Source: an uncultured cyanobacterium
GTDB lineage: Bacteria; Cyanobacteriota; Cyanobacteriia; Cyanobacteriales; CAWCAG01
Reading direction: 5' to 3'
Length of the DNA: 64,000 nt
Assembly (NCBI GenBank): GCA_963803805.1
Contig: CAWDOD010000011.1
Location: 128,001-192,000, forward strand
Within the stretch, counting starts at the first letter, position 1. The number at the start of each line of letters is the position of its first letter. Shown piece after piece: positions 18,004-28,321 of this stretch. The position numbers and the translations under genes are program-made. The notes under the pieces are model-generated. The model did no database searches. It was given only the letters and a program-made list of their open reading frames with translations, and was not told the origin of the DNA.

Positions 18004-19062
18004 ATGAATAAACCTGTAATTATCTGTGTTGACGACGAACAAACTATCCTTGACAGCCTAGAAATAGAGCTGTCAAGGGTTTTAGGGAATGATTACCTAA
18101 TTGAAACAGCAGGTGGGGGAAAAGAAGCTTTAGAGCTGTTTTCTGACTTACTCGAAGAAGATTATGAAGTTGCTCTAGTAATGTCCGATTATATTATGCC
18201 GGATATTAAAGGGGACGAACTTTTAAAACGCATCCATACCATGTCGCCCCAAACCTTGAAAATCATGCTTACAGGGCAAGCAGATGTCGAAGCAGTGGGT
18301 AATGCCCTCAGAAATGCTAAATTGTATCGTTATATATCCAAACCTTGGCAATCAGAAGACTTAAAAATAACTACAATTGAAGCCATACATAGCTATCTCC
18401 AAGATAAAAAGTTAGCTGAACAAAACGAAAAGTTGAAACACCTTAATAAACAACTAGAAAACTTAATTAGCGACCAAGCAGAATTGATTTCTCAACGCAC
18501 CTCTGAACTAGAACAAGCCAACCAGAAGTTACATCGCCTTGCTACTTTGGATAGTTTAACCCAGATTGCTAACCGCCGTCAGTTTGACCAATATTTAGCT
18601 AGAGAATGGCAAAGGTTAATCCGAACTCAACAACCCTTATCATTAATTTTAGGGGATGTAGATTTTTTTAAAAAATACAATGATGAGTATGGTCATCAAG
18701 CAGGAGATGAATGTCTCCATACTATTGCTCAAGCCCTAGAAAAGGTTGTTGAGACTAATTCTCCTTCCCCGTATCTCGTAGCCCGTTATGGTGGTGAAGA
18801 GTTTGTCATCGTGTTGCCGGAAACAGAATATGAAGGGGCAGCCAAAATAGCTGTGGAGATTCAGTTTGCCCTACAAGAACTTAAAATTCTGCACCGTACC
18901 TCAGATGTTAGTGATTATGTCACTATTAGTATGGGCATTTCTTTGATTTTTCCCCAGATAAAGAAGTCTCCTTTAATGCTAACTAATCTTGCTGATAATG
19001 CCCTTTACGAGGCTAAAAAACAAGGGCGCGATCGTTACTGTGTTTATGCTGTACCTAGGTGA
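18004..19062 (+). CDS. Response-regulator diguanylate cyclase, tandem paralog
   Basis: Same architecture and length (352 aa) as 16418..17476, with RYGGEEF. Confidence 0.95.
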   Translation: MNKPVIICVDDEQTILDSLEIELSRVLGNDYLIETAGGGKEALELFSDLLEEDYEVALVMSDYIMPDIKGDELLKRIHTMSPQTLKIMLTGQADVEAVGNALRNAKLYRYISKPWQSEDLKITTIEAIHSYLQDKKLAEQNEKLKHLNKQLENLISDQAELISQRTSELEQANQKLHRLATLDSLTQIANRRQFDQYLAREWQRLIRTQQPLSLILGDVDFFKKYNDEYGHQAGDECLHTIAQALEKVVETNSPSPYLVARYGGEEFVIVLPETEYEGAAKIAVEIQFALQELKILHRTSDVSDYVTISMGISLIFPQIKKSPLMLTNLADNALYEAKKQGRDRYCVYAVPR

Positions 19063-19153
19063 TAGGGAAGTAATAAGTAATAAGTGAAGAATTTGCTGTT
19101 GCCTAATTGAAAAGTAGGGTGGGGAAATGGGGAGCTAGGGAGATGGGGAAAGC

Positions 19154-19555
19154 TTACGTTTTTTGATGTTTGACGGTGATGACTGTATGTACGTTGCCTC
19201 TGGGAGTGAAATCTCCTTTCACTATTGCTTCTAGGGGATCACAAGCAGCTACAAAGTCGTCTAAAATTTGGTTAACTGCTTCTTCGTGGGGAATATAGCG
19301 ATCGCGATAACTGTTGATATAAAGTTTAAGAGATTTTAATTCTACCACCTTCCCATCAGGAACGTATTTAAGATAAATAGTAGCAAAGTCAGGATAGCCA
19401 GAAAAGGGACATTTACAAGTAAACTCAGGTAAAGTGATGTCAATGTCGTAACGCCGCCCTAAGCGAGGATTAGGAAAAGTAATTAACTTTCCTTGGGCAA
19501 TTTCCCTTTCACCATATTTAAGATCTTTTTCTTTTTCTTCTTGTTTTTGGCTCAT
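19154..19555 (-). CDS. queF: preQ1 synthase (7-cyano-7-deazaguanine reductase)
   Basis: PEFTCKCPFSGYPDFA, VELKSLKLY and FTPRGN motifs. Confidence 0.97.
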   Translation of the reverse strand: MSQKQEEKEKDLKYGEREIAQGKLITFPNPRLGRRYDIDITLPEFTCKCPFSGYPDFATIYLKYVPDGKVVELKSLKLYINSYRDRYIPHEEAVNQILDDFVAACDPLEAIVKGDFTPRGNVHTVITVKHQKT

Positions 19556-19749
19556 AATTCAAAATTTATTTTTATCAATTTTCATTTAACCTGTGCTGTT
19601 ACCTCAAGGATCATTGATAACAGATGGGCAACCCAGTTTAAAACCTGATTTGTCAATCATACTTGGAAAACAACTCCCCCCCTACAATTGATAACTGTTT
19701 GGCTTGCAGTCGTCGCTAGACATCATTGATAATTGAAAAACTGATTTCT

Positions 19750-20658
19750 ATGGCACATAACCATCACCACGAACATCAACCAGCTAACTATAACCGCGCT
19801 TTTATTATTGGTACTATTCTGAATATTGCTTTTGTAGTTATTGAAGCTTTGTTTGGTATTTTTACTCAATCTTTAGCTTTACTCGCCGATGCCGGTCATA
19901 ACCTTAGTGATGTGTTCGGTTTACTGCTTGCTTGGGGAGCAAGCTGGTTAACTCAACAACAACCCACCCAACGCTACACCTATGGATGGCGACGTTCTTC
20001 AATTTTAGCAGCTTTATTCAATGCAATTATCCTCCTGGTAGCCATGGGAGGGATTACTTGGGAAGCCATCAGCCGTTTTTCCCAACCAAGTCCTGTACCT
20101 GCTTTAACTATTATTATTGTTGCTTTAGTAGGAGTTGCTATTAATACGGCTACCGCCCTTTTATTCTTTTCTGGCCGCAAGGAAGATTTGAATATTCGCG
20201 GTGCATTCTTACACATGGGTGCTGATGCTTTAATATCTTTTGGGGTTGTCTTAGCTGGGTTAGGTATTATGCTTACAGGCTGGTTGTGGTTTGATGCAGT
20301 AACTAGCTTAATTATCGTCGTTGCGGTAGTAGTGGGAACCTGGCAGCTATTGATGGACTCTATTAAACTAGCCCTAGATGCTGTACCTCAAGGTATTGAA
20401 CCGCAAGCTGTACGAACTTATCTATCTGAACTTCCTGGAGTAACTCAAATTCATGACCTTCACATTTGGGCTATGAGTACTACACAAACTGCCTTAACAG
20501 CACATTTAGTAATGCCGAAGGGTTATCCAGGGGATGTTTTTTTAACTCAAACCTGTGGGGAATTAAAAAAACATTTCGGAATTGATCATGCCACTCTGCA
20601 AATAGAAACAGGAGATCCTAATTATCCCTGTAATTTAGCTCCAGATCATAAAATTTGA
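19750..20658 (+). CDS. Cation diffusion facilitator (CzcD/ZitB-like)
   Basis: His-rich N-terminus, ALLADAGHNLSD, NIRGAFLHMGAD, HDLHIW and HATLQIE motifs. Confidence 0.93.
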   Translation: MAHNHHHEHQPANYNRAFIIGTILNIAFVVIEALFGIFTQSLALLADAGHNLSDVFGLLLAWGASWLTQQQPTQRYTYGWRRSSILAALFNAIILLVAMGGITWEAISRFSQPSPVPALTIIIVALVGVAINTATALLFFSGRKEDLNIRGAFLHMGADALISFGVVLAGLGIMLTGWLWFDAVTSLIIVVAVVVGTWQLLMDSIKLALDAVPQGIEPQAVRTYLSELPGVTQIHDLHIWAMSTTQTALTAHLVMPKGYPGDVFLTQTCGELKKHFGIDHATLQIETGDPNYPCNLAPDHKI

Positions 20659-20681
20659 ATATTTGAATTAAGGATATTTTA

Positions 20682-21815
20682 ATGAAACTAAAACTAATTT
20701 TATTTTTAACCGCAGCTATTTATTTACCAGTGCAGTTACTAACTAAAGTACCTGCTTTGGCTGCACAAACTGAAGTCATAAAGCAAGATTCTTCAGAGTT
20801 ACTCCTTGCCCATTATAATCCTGCCATACTTGAGGCCTTAAACCAAGCGATTAAAGAAGATCCTGATAATGCTGACGCTTATAAAAATCGCGGTTTGCTT
20901 CACCTTCATGTGGAAGATTATGAAAAGGCGATCGCTGATTTTAATCAGTTTATTCGTCTTAAACCTCAAGAAGCTGAAGGCTATAACTTACGGGGAACAG
21001 CTCATTTTTGGACTAATGAATTTAAAGGAGCTTTAGAAGATTTCAACCAAGCTCTTGAACTTGATGATCAATTAGCTTTTACCTATTTTAATCGTGGCTA
21101 TGTAGAAAGAAAATTGGGTAACAGAGAAGCTGCGATCGCCGATTTTAAGAGGGGAGCTTCTTTAGCCAAAGAACAAGGGGAAATAGAAGCTTATCAACAG
21201 GCATTACAGATAATTACTGAACTCGAACAAGCGCCACAAATGAGTGCTGAGGAATTTATTGAGCGGGGAATTATCAAAAGTCAAGAAGGAGATTCTTTAG
21301 AAGCGGTTAATGATTTTGATTCAGCCTTAGCCCTAAATCCTGAACTGGTAGAAGCTTACTCTAATCGAGGACTTGCTAAAGTACAATTAGGGGATTATGA
21401 AGGAGCAATGATGGATTTTAATCAAGCTTTAACCCTAGATCCTAATAATGCTAACGCCTACAATCGGCGCGGTAATACTTTTGCTACCTTTGGGGAGCTT
21501 ACTAAAGCAATGGCGGATTTTAATCAAGCTTTAGCCCTAGATCCTAACCATGCCGACGCTTATTACAATCGTGGTTTAATTCGCACCGAATTAGGAGAAT
21601 ATCAAGAGGCGATCGCCGATTATGATCAGGCGATTAAACTTAACTCTTCTTTAGCTGAAGCCTATGGCAACCGGGGGCTTATTTATTATGAAAAAGGAGA
21701 AACCCAAAAAGCTTTAGCTGACTTAAAACAAGCAGCACAACTATTTCAAGAACAAGAAAATATAGTTGCTTACCGTAAGACTATTTATAACATTCAAATG
21801 ATAGAAGAAGAGTGA
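20682..21815 (+). CDS. Secreted tetratricopeptide-repeat protein
   Basis: Signal-peptide-like N-terminus and repeated AY.NRG...A..DFNQAL.LDP TPR units in two blocks. Confidence 0.9.
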   Translation: MKLKLILFLTAAIYLPVQLLTKVPALAAQTEVIKQDSSELLLAHYNPAILEALNQAIKEDPDNADAYKNRGLLHLHVEDYEKAIADFNQFIRLKPQEAEGYNLRGTAHFWTNEFKGALEDFNQALELDDQLAFTYFNRGYVERKLGNREAAIADFKRGASLAKEQGEIEAYQQALQIITELEQAPQMSAEEFIERGIIKSQEGDSLEAVNDFDSALALNPELVEAYSNRGLAKVQLGDYEGAMMDFNQALTLDPNNANAYNRRGNTFATFGELTKAMADFNQALALDPNHADAYYNRGLIRTELGEYQEAIADYDQAIKLNSSLAEAYGNRGLIYYEKGETQKALADLKQAAQLFQEQENIVAYRKTIYNIQMIEEE

Positions 21816-21854
21816 GGGGAAATGGGGAGAATGGTAAAGATCAAAGGATATTCT

Positions 21855-21886
21855 TTACCTATTACCTATTACCTATTACCTATTAC
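21855..21886. repeat. Heptamer tandem repeat (TTACCTA)n
   Basis: ttacctattacctattacctattacctattac. Similar run at 8776-8798. Confidence 0.8.
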
Positions 21887-21890
21887 TTAA

Positions 21891-22643
21891 TTAATAGGGC
21901 AGCCGTTCCCCATTCCAAGAGAAAAATTCACCGCTATCTTTTAGGCTGAGATTCTCGATTACATCGAGTAATTGAGTTACAGTTTGTTCTACTAGAAACA
22001 ACTTTTCTGGGGGAACATTTTTTTGGAATGGTTGAGAAAGCTGGGTATCTGTTGTACCAGGATGCAATACAGCTACTATGGTGTTGGGGCTTTTACGACT
22101 ATATTCAATGGCGGTAGTGCGCATAAACATATTCAAAGCTGCTTTAGAGGCGCGATAGCCATACCAACCACCTAAGCGATTATCACTAATGCTGCCAATT
22201 TTAGCAGAAATGGTTGCTAACACATTGCGATCACCATGACGCAACAAAGGGAGAATCTGCTTTGCTAACAGCACAGCACCAATACTATTAACTTGGAAAT
22301 AACGTAAAAGATACTCCTGGTTAAGCTGCTTTAAGCTTTTTTCTGGTTGTAATTCCCCTTCATGCAGAATTCCTACGCAGTTAACAACTAAATGTAATTT
22401 ATCTACCTCACTGCGGATCTTCTCAACTCCTACAATAATTTGCGACTCATCTGTAACATCCATCCCCAAACAAACTAACTTAGCGGGATACTTATTTTGT
22501 AGTGTAAGTAACTTGGTAGCTGTTTCTTGGCGGCAGTAAGTTGCAAAAATTTTTCCTTGTTCTTTATTTTGAAGTAGTTTTCTGACAAAACCTAGACCAA
22601 TACCTCGACTAGCCCCCACAATAAGTGAAGATGTATATTTCAT
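21891..22643 (-). CDS. Short-chain dehydrogenase (CsgA/C-factor-like)
   Basis: GASRGIG, SAKIGSISDNRLGGWYGYRASKAALN and LHPGTTDT motifs. Confidence 0.92.
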   Translation of the reverse strand: MKYTSSLIVGASRGIGLGFVRKLLQNKEQGKIFATYCRQETATKLLTLQNKYPAKLVCLGMDVTDESQIIVGVEKIRSEVDKLHLVVNCVGILHEGELQPEKSLKQLNQEYLLRYFQVNSIGAVLLAKQILPLLRHGDRNVLATISAKIGSISDNRLGGWYGYRASKAALNMFMRTTAIEYSRKSPNTIVAVLHPGTTDTQLSQPFQKNVPPEKLFLVEQTVTQLLDVIENLSLKDSGEFFSWNGERLPY

Positions 22644-22679
22644 CTCAAATTTGCCAAACTATTTATCAACATAATTGCC

Positions 22680-23138
22680 ATGTCCAAAACTGTAGCCGAT
22701 GTTATGACCCCAGATCCAATTACAGTAAAACCCCAAACTTCTCTAGGGGAGGCCATTAAGATTTTGGCCGAAAAGCGCATTAGTGGTTTATTGGTGGTGG
22801 ATGAAGAGGAAAAAATCTTAGGTATTCTTTCAGAAACTGACTTGATGTGGCAAGAATCAGGAATAGATCCCCCACCATATATCACATTTCTTGATAGTAT
22901 CATTTATCTCAAAAATCCTACTCGTTACGATAAAGATATCCACAAAGCTTTAGGTCAAACGGCGGGGGAAGTAATGAGTGAAAAACCCCTTACCATTGAA
23001 GCCACTCAACCTTTGCGGGAAGCGGCTAAGTTAATGCACAACGAAGAAGTGAGGCGCTTACCCGTGGTTAATGATGCCGGGAAGTTAGTTGGCATCATTA
23101 CCCAAGGGGATATTATTCGCTCTATGGCAGCTAGTTAA
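22680..23138 (+). CDS. CBS-domain protein
   Basis: Two CBS repeats (VADVMT...ISGLLVVD; EVM...RRLPVV..GIITQGDII). Confidence 0.92.
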   Translation: MSKTVADVMTPDPITVKPQTSLGEAIKILAEKRISGLLVVDEEEKILGILSETDLMWQESGIDPPPYITFLDSIIYLKNPTRYDKDIHKALGQTAGEVMSEKPLTIEATQPLREAAKLMHNEEVRRLPVVNDAGKLVGIITQGDIIRSMAAS

Positions 23139-23152
23139 GGTAATTCAAAGCT

Positions 23153-23659
23153 CTAATTCTCTTCAGGGCGAGGGCCTCTGGGGCGATCTTCACTCCTGCG
23201 CTGTTCCTTCAACTGTGTTAGTTGGGAACGTTGTTCGGGGGTTAAAACTTCGTTAACCTTAAGCATAGCTTCAAAACGGCGATCGCTAAGTTGTTGGTGC
23301 AAATTCTGCATTTGTTGATGCTGTTGTCGTAGCTGTTCAGCAGAAGCACCATTAGCCATCAGGGTTTCCATTTCTTCTTTAGCTGCCTTCATTTGCTCTC
23401 GCAAATCTTGGCTACCTTCTTTTGACTCTTGATGAATCGCCTTGATACGTTCTGATTGTTCAGCAGTTAAATTAAGTTCTTGTAACCAAGGGGGTCCATT
23501 TTCCGAACCTCTACCTGATTTTTCACCTCTAGGGCTTTGGGCAACTAGTTGTGAAGATTCAGCCTCAGAACTGTGTAATTCTGGATGAATAGCAGCAAAG
23601 GCAGTCATAGGAACAATTAAGCCACCTAATGCGATGATAGAAAAAGCTCGCCAGTTCAT
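23153..23659 (-). CDS. Spy/CpxP family periplasmic chaperone
   Basis: Signal peptide and two LTxEQ motifs (LNLTAEQ, VLTPEQR). Confidence 0.88.
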   Translation of the reverse strand: MNWRAFSIIALGGLIVPMTAFAAIHPELHSSEAESSQLVAQSPRGEKSGRGSENGPPWLQELNLTAEQSERIKAIHQESKEGSQDLREQMKAAKEEMETLMANGASAEQLRQQHQQMQNLHQQLSDRRFEAMLKVNEVLTPEQRSQLTQLKEQRRSEDRPRGPRPEEN

Positions 23660-23873
23660 AGTTCAGTCTTTCCTAATTTGATTGAATGTGTGTGAGGTAC
23701 GATTAATTCAATTCTAGGAAATAACTTCTCTAACTGACCTGGATCAAACCTCCCAAATTGATTGTAACTAAAGTACTATTTTGACTCTGGTACTTTTGGC
23801 CTAGATGACAAGTTTGCACGAAACAGGCCAACAAACAATACAATAACTGAGGTTCTTCATCACTGCCTGGGGC

Positions 23874-25181
23874 ATGGTTGCTTTGATTTTAGCGATCGCA
23901 TTACTAATTTTTACCTTGATTCTGGTTCTATGGCAACCGAAGGGTTTGGGTATAGGCTGGAGTACTTTACTGGGGGCATTTCTGGCATTAGTAACAGGGA
24001 TTATTAAGTGGGGAGATGTTGTAGTTGCTTGGGAATTATTAGGTAATTCCTTCCTTACCCTCATAGCTGTTAGCATTATTTGTTTAATCCTTGATGAGGC
24101 TGGTTTTTTCAGCTTGCTAGCCCGTCCTATCGCTTTGTTAGGATTGGGCTTAGGTTGGTGGCTATTTTGTCTTATGGCTTTAGTTGCTGCGGTGGCAACA
24201 GCCCTGTTTACCAACTATGGCAGTATTTTAATTTGGACACCAGTTGTCATGGAAACCATGCTGGTATTGGGTTTTCGCCCCAAACCTACCTTAGCCTACG
24301 TTCTTGCTACCGGTTTTATTGCCGATGCTGCAAGTTTAGCTTTGCCTTTCAGTAACTTAGTTAATCTTTTTGCTATCGACTCTTTTCAAGTACCTTTGGT
24401 TCGCTATGCCATAATCATGGTTCCCATCCATTTCGTCGCCTTAACCATTAGTTTTGGGGTGCTGTGGTTCTACTTTAATTTGCTAATTCCCCCTACCTAT
24501 GAACTTGCCCAAACAAACCCCGCTTCAACAGTTATTCGTGATCCTTTAGTTTGTCGTTGGGGTTTGATGATTCTCGGTTGGCTATTACTTGGTTACTTCG
24601 TTCCCCATTTAACCTGGTTAATCGCTTGGTTAGCTGTCTTATTCCTCTTTACCTTAGCAGGACGTTGGTTTTATCCTGGACGTGGGATTTTATCCTCAAA
24701 GAAGTTATTCCAGCAAATACCTTGGCAAGCTATCTTCTTCACCACAGGAATGTATTTCCTGGTTATTGGTTTAGGCAATGCAGGGTTAATTCCTTTACTC
24801 AGCCAACTTTTTTCGCAATTCTCTGGCTGGGGCATCACCTTAGCTAGTATGGGAACAGGATTCACCGCCGCCCTACTTTCAAGCTTAAGTAACAATTTAC
24901 CCGTTGCGATCATTAACAACCTCGCCTTACAACAAGCCACTGCTGATCAAAGTGCGATCGCCGAAGCGATGCTATACGCTAACCTCATCGGCAGTAATTT
25001 GGGGGCAAAGTTAATCCCCTGGGGCAGTCTTTCTACTTTGTTGTGGTTAGATATCTTACGTCGCAAAGGTTTAAACCTTTTCTGGGGACATTATTGCCGC
25101 ATTCATATCGCCTTAACCATACCAGTACTATTGATTTGTTTTTTGATCCTTTCCCTTTGGCTTCCCTGGTTAGTAGTTTGA
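23874..25181 (+). CDS. arsB: ArsB-family arsenite/anion efflux permease
   Basis: LVLWQPKGLGIGWS, LDEAGFF, GFIADAASL..SNLVN, NNLP and GSLSTLLWL motifs. Confidence 0.8.
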   Translation: MVALILAIALLIFTLILVLWQPKGLGIGWSTLLGAFLALVTGIIKWGDVVVAWELLGNSFLTLIAVSIICLILDEAGFFSLLARPIALLGLGLGWWLFCLMALVAAVATALFTNYGSILIWTPVVMETMLVLGFRPKPTLAYVLATGFIADAASLALPFSNLVNLFAIDSFQVPLVRYAIIMVPIHFVALTISFGVLWFYFNLLIPPTYELAQTNPASTVIRDPLVCRWGLMILGWLLLGYFVPHLTWLIAWLAVLFLFTLAGRWFYPGRGILSSKKLFQQIPWQAIFFTTGMYFLVIGLGNAGLIPLLSQLFSQFSGWGITLASMGTGFTAALLSSLSNNLPVAIINNLALQQATADQSAIAEAMLYANLIGSNLGAKLIPWGSLSTLLWLDILRRKGLNLFWGHYCRIHIALTIPVLLICFLILSLWLPWLVV

Positions 25182-25234
25182 TACCATTTATCATTGAACA
25201 CTATATTCTTTATTTATTACTTTCCCTCTAATTT

Positions 25235-28200
25235 TCAAGCCTGAGTCATGCTTTCCATTAATATCTCCCCAGCCAACAATTTTTTAGCCGCATTGAGTAA
25301 AGTTGCTTCTACATAGGGTTTAGTGAAATAGCCCTTTGCACCTCGTTCTGCGGCTATTTTACGATGCTTTTGCGCCCCGCGAGAAGTTAGCATCGCCACA
25401 GGGAGTTTACTTAATTCCTCATCTTGTTGAAGATGAGCAAGTAAATCTAAACCATTCATCCTGGGCATTTCAATATCGCAAAAAGCCAGGTCGCACATTA
25501 ACCCATCTTGCAGTTTTTCCCAAGCTTCTTGACCATCCCTAGCTTGTTCAACACTATAACCAGCTTTAAGGAAAGTTTCTGAAAGTAGTTCCCGCACCAC
25601 AATAGAGTCATCAATAATTAATACCAAAGGTTCTTCTTGGCTAATTGTTTCTATGGATGCTGGTTTTTCTGGTTGTATTATGGCTTCTTCTACAGCTTGG
25701 GGTTCCTCAACACGGCTAACGCGAGTACTACCTTCAAGTAAGACTTCTCCTTGCATCATCCTCTGGGCCCCATCAAGGAGATTCTCTTCTAAATAGGGTT
25801 TGGTAAAGTAACCATTTGCCCCTAACTCAGCCGCCGCCTCTTTGTGTCTTGCTGCACCACGGGAGGTAAGCATGGCGATGGGTAAGTTTTTGAGTTGTTC
25901 ATCTTTTTGTAAGCGACCCAATAACTCTAAGCCATTCATTCTGGGCATTTCAATATCACAGAAAACAATATTGCAAGGCAGTCCGGAACGCAGTTTTTCC
26001 CAAGCTTCTTGCCCATCCCTAGCTTGTTCAACGCGATAGCCAGCTTTATTAAAAGTAATGGAAAGAAGTTCTCTTACGGTAATGGAGTCGTCTACTATCA
26101 ATACCATGGGTTCGCTTTGAGCCATTTCTAGGCTTGATTTCGCCGGAATACTGTTTTCTTGCCAAGTACCACCAGAGTTGCTGCGACCATGGAATAGATC
26201 CATTAATTCCAATACGTCGGCGATGGGCATGACTATACCATCTCCTAATACTGTAGCCCCAGCAATACCTAATGGTTTGGGTACAGGGCCTGCTAGTTGT
26301 TTGATTACAATTTCTTGTTCTTCCAAAACTTGGTCTACTTCAATAGCAATGAAGTTACCTGCACTACGTAAGACAAGAATAGAAATCAATTTATCTTGTC
26401 TCTTACCGCGATACATTTTCCTTCTTCCCAAGTAGCGATTATAGGTTAACAACTCGGTGATGGGCTTGAAAAGTAGTAGGCTATCTCGCCAATGAATAAA
26501 GGTTTCTCCTTGGGCATTGGTTTGTACTTGGTTAGCTGAGACATCAACTACATCTTCAACTCCATCCATAGGGAAGGCAATACTGGTATTCTCAACTCGA
26601 CAACAAAGTGCTGGGGAAATGCTTAGGTTCAAAGGTAGGCGAATGGTGAAGGTGGTTCCTTTGCCTAAATCTGAGTCGATAGCAACAGTACCGCGAATTT
26701 CCATAATACTGTTACGTACCACATCCATACCAACACCCCGCCCTGCAAAGTCGTCAGCTTTTTCGTTAGTGCTGAAACCGGGTTGGAATAGTAGGCTATA
26801 AACTTCTTGGTCGGAGAACTGTTGCGCTTCTACTGAAGAGATTAAACCTTTTTCTACGGCTTTGCGTCTGACCACATCTACAGGAATCCCCCCCCCATCA
26901 TCAGCAACGGTGATAATAGTTTGGTTGCCTTGGTGAAAAGCGGAAACTGTTATTTTTCCTTTCGGGGGCTTCCCTGCTTTCAGGCGCACTTCAGCAGGCT
27001 CAATGCCGTGGTAGAGAGCATTATTAACTAGGTGAGTGAGGGGGTCAGAAAGATGTTCTAAAATCATCTTATCAATGAGAGTTTCTCGCCCTTCTAGCTG
27101 GATTTCGGCTTGTTTGTTTAACTCTTGGGAAACTCGCTTAACAGCAATAGGTAAGCGGCTGGCAGTTCTGTCAAAGGGAACCATGCGGGCTTTGGTTAAA
27201 CCTTCTTGCATTTGACCTGTGACATGACGCAGATTTCTGGCTACTTGGTCAACTTCTTCTACAATTATGCCAATATCAGAAGCTGATTCTCTGACCCTAA
27301 CCACTAGTTCGATCATTTCTTGGGAAAGTAAGTGGAAGCCAGAGAAGCGGTCCATTTCTAGGGGATCATAACTTTGATCTCCAGATTCACCATTTCTACT
27401 AGGCCCTACGTCTATACCTACTGTGCCTCGGTTATGTCTTTGACGGCTGGCTAAGAGGGAGCTTTCTAGGAGTGATCGCTCGTATAAGTCCTGCATTCTC
27501 GACCCGACATCGCTTAAGTTACCTGCCTGTTGCAAAAGGTTATCTAAAGACTGACGCAGCATTTCTTGGTCTTTTTCTAAGCCGTTACGGTTAACGACTA
27601 GTTCCCCCATGAGGTTAATGAGGTTGTCGAGTTGTTTGACTGGAACTTTGAGGGTTTGCTCGAAAATACTGACTTTCTTTTGGGAATTTCCAGGGCTAGG
27701 ACGCTGCTGTCCTGAACGAGGTACGACACTGGGTGTTCCTCCCACCTGGCTTTCAATATCCTTAAGCAAGTCCTCTAGGTCGCCAAATTCGTCTTCTGAG
27801 TTGTTGCTATTGGGTTGAGGAGGGTTAGGTGAACTGGAGAGTTGAATATTTTGCTCTTGAGGTAAATCAGTGCCAACTGAGTTATGGAGGAAATTCTCTA
27901 ACTGCTCAAAAGTCCTAACCCCATTTAATTCAGCTAAGACTTTGGCTGTTGAGTCTTCTTGGATTAAGGCTTCTAATTCTTGAAAGGATGGGTAGTATTC
28001 TAAGGTTTCTTCTGTTGCTGACTCAAAAGAAGTTTCTGCTGTTTCAGGGACAGAATCCTCTTCATCCCAGTCAAAAAGAGATTCCAAGGATGCAGATTCT
28101 TCTATTTCTGTATCTATTTCTAGGTCTTGAGAATCATCTAATAGGGCATCTAAGTCATCTAAAGATACTTCTTCAGAAGATTGTAGATTGTTACTAGGGC

Positions 28201-28321
28201 TATCTTCTTCTAGGAAACTAAAATCAAGACTTAAATCATCGTCTTCCAGGTTTTCCAAAGATGTATCTAGCTCAAGGTTAAACTCTTCTTCCGCATTTTC
28301 TTTTGAATCATTAGAGATCAA
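25235..28321 (-). CDS. cheA: CheA/PilL-type hybrid histidine kinase, C-terminal part (dimerisation, HATPase, CheW, two REC domains)
   Basis: LDNLINLMGELVVNR, HLVNNALYHGIE, DDGGGI, GFST...GRGVGMDVV, GATVLGDG and two DDSxxVR...CDIEMPRMNG receivers. Confidence 0.9.
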   Translation of the reverse strand: MISNDSKENAEEEFNLELDTSLENLEDDDLSLDFSFLEEDSPSNNLQSSEEVSLDDLDALLDDSQDLEIDTEIEESASLESLFDWDEEDSVPETAETSFESATEETLEYYPSFQELEALIQEDSTAKVLAELNGVRTFEQLENFLHNSVGTDLPQEQNIQLSSSPNPPQPNSNNSEDEFGDLEDLLKDIESQVGGTPSVVPRSGQQRPSPGNSQKKVSIFEQTLKVPVKQLDNLINLMGELVVNRNGLEKDQEMLRQSLDNLLQQAGNLSDVGSRMQDLYERSLLESSLLASRQRHNRGTVGIDVGPSRNGESGDQSYDPLEMDRFSGFHLLSQEMIELVVRVRESASDIGIIVEEVDQVARNLRHVTGQMQEGLTKARMVPFDRTASRLPIAVKRVSQELNKQAEIQLEGRETLIDKMILEHLSDPLTHLVNNALYHGIEPAEVRLKAGKPPKGKITVSAFHQGNQTIITVADDGGGIPVDVVRRKAVEKGLISSVEAQQFSDQEVYSLLFQPGFSTNEKADDFAGRGVGMDVVRNSIMEIRGTVAIDSDLGKGTTFTIRLPLNLSISPALCCRVENTSIAFPMDGVEDVVDVSANQVQTNAQGETFIHWRDSLLLFKPITELLTYNRYLGRRKMYRGKRQDKLISILVLRSAGNFIAIEVDQVLEEQEIVIKQLAGPVPKPLGIAGATVLGDGIVMPIADVLELMDLFHGRSNSGGTWQENSIPAKSSLEMAQSEPMVLIVDDSITVRELLSITFNKAGYRVEQARDGQEAWEKLRSGLPCNIVFCDIEMPRMNGLELLGRLQKDEQLKNLPIAMLTSRGAARHKEAAAELGANGYFTKPYLEENLLDGAQRMMQGEVLLEGSTRVSRVEEPQAVEEAIIQPEKPASIETISQEEPLVLIIDDSIVVRELLSETFLKAGYSVEQARDGQEAWEKLQDGLMCDLAFCDIEMPRMNGLDLLAHLQQDEELSKLPVAMLTSRGAQKHRKIAAERGAKGYFTKPYVEATLLNAAKKLLAGEILMESMTQA

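Noticed and set aside
19154-19555. queF as part of a 7-deazaguanine DNA-modification (dpd) defence island
   Set aside because: No dpdA/tgt-like or other que genes nearby, so ordinary queuosine biosynthesis is the simpler reading.
14348-25181. Arsenic/arsenosugar cluster (TIGR04283-like GT plus ArsB)
   Set aside because: The genes are about 9 kb apart with unrelated genes between, and no arsM, arsS, arsR or arsC is present.
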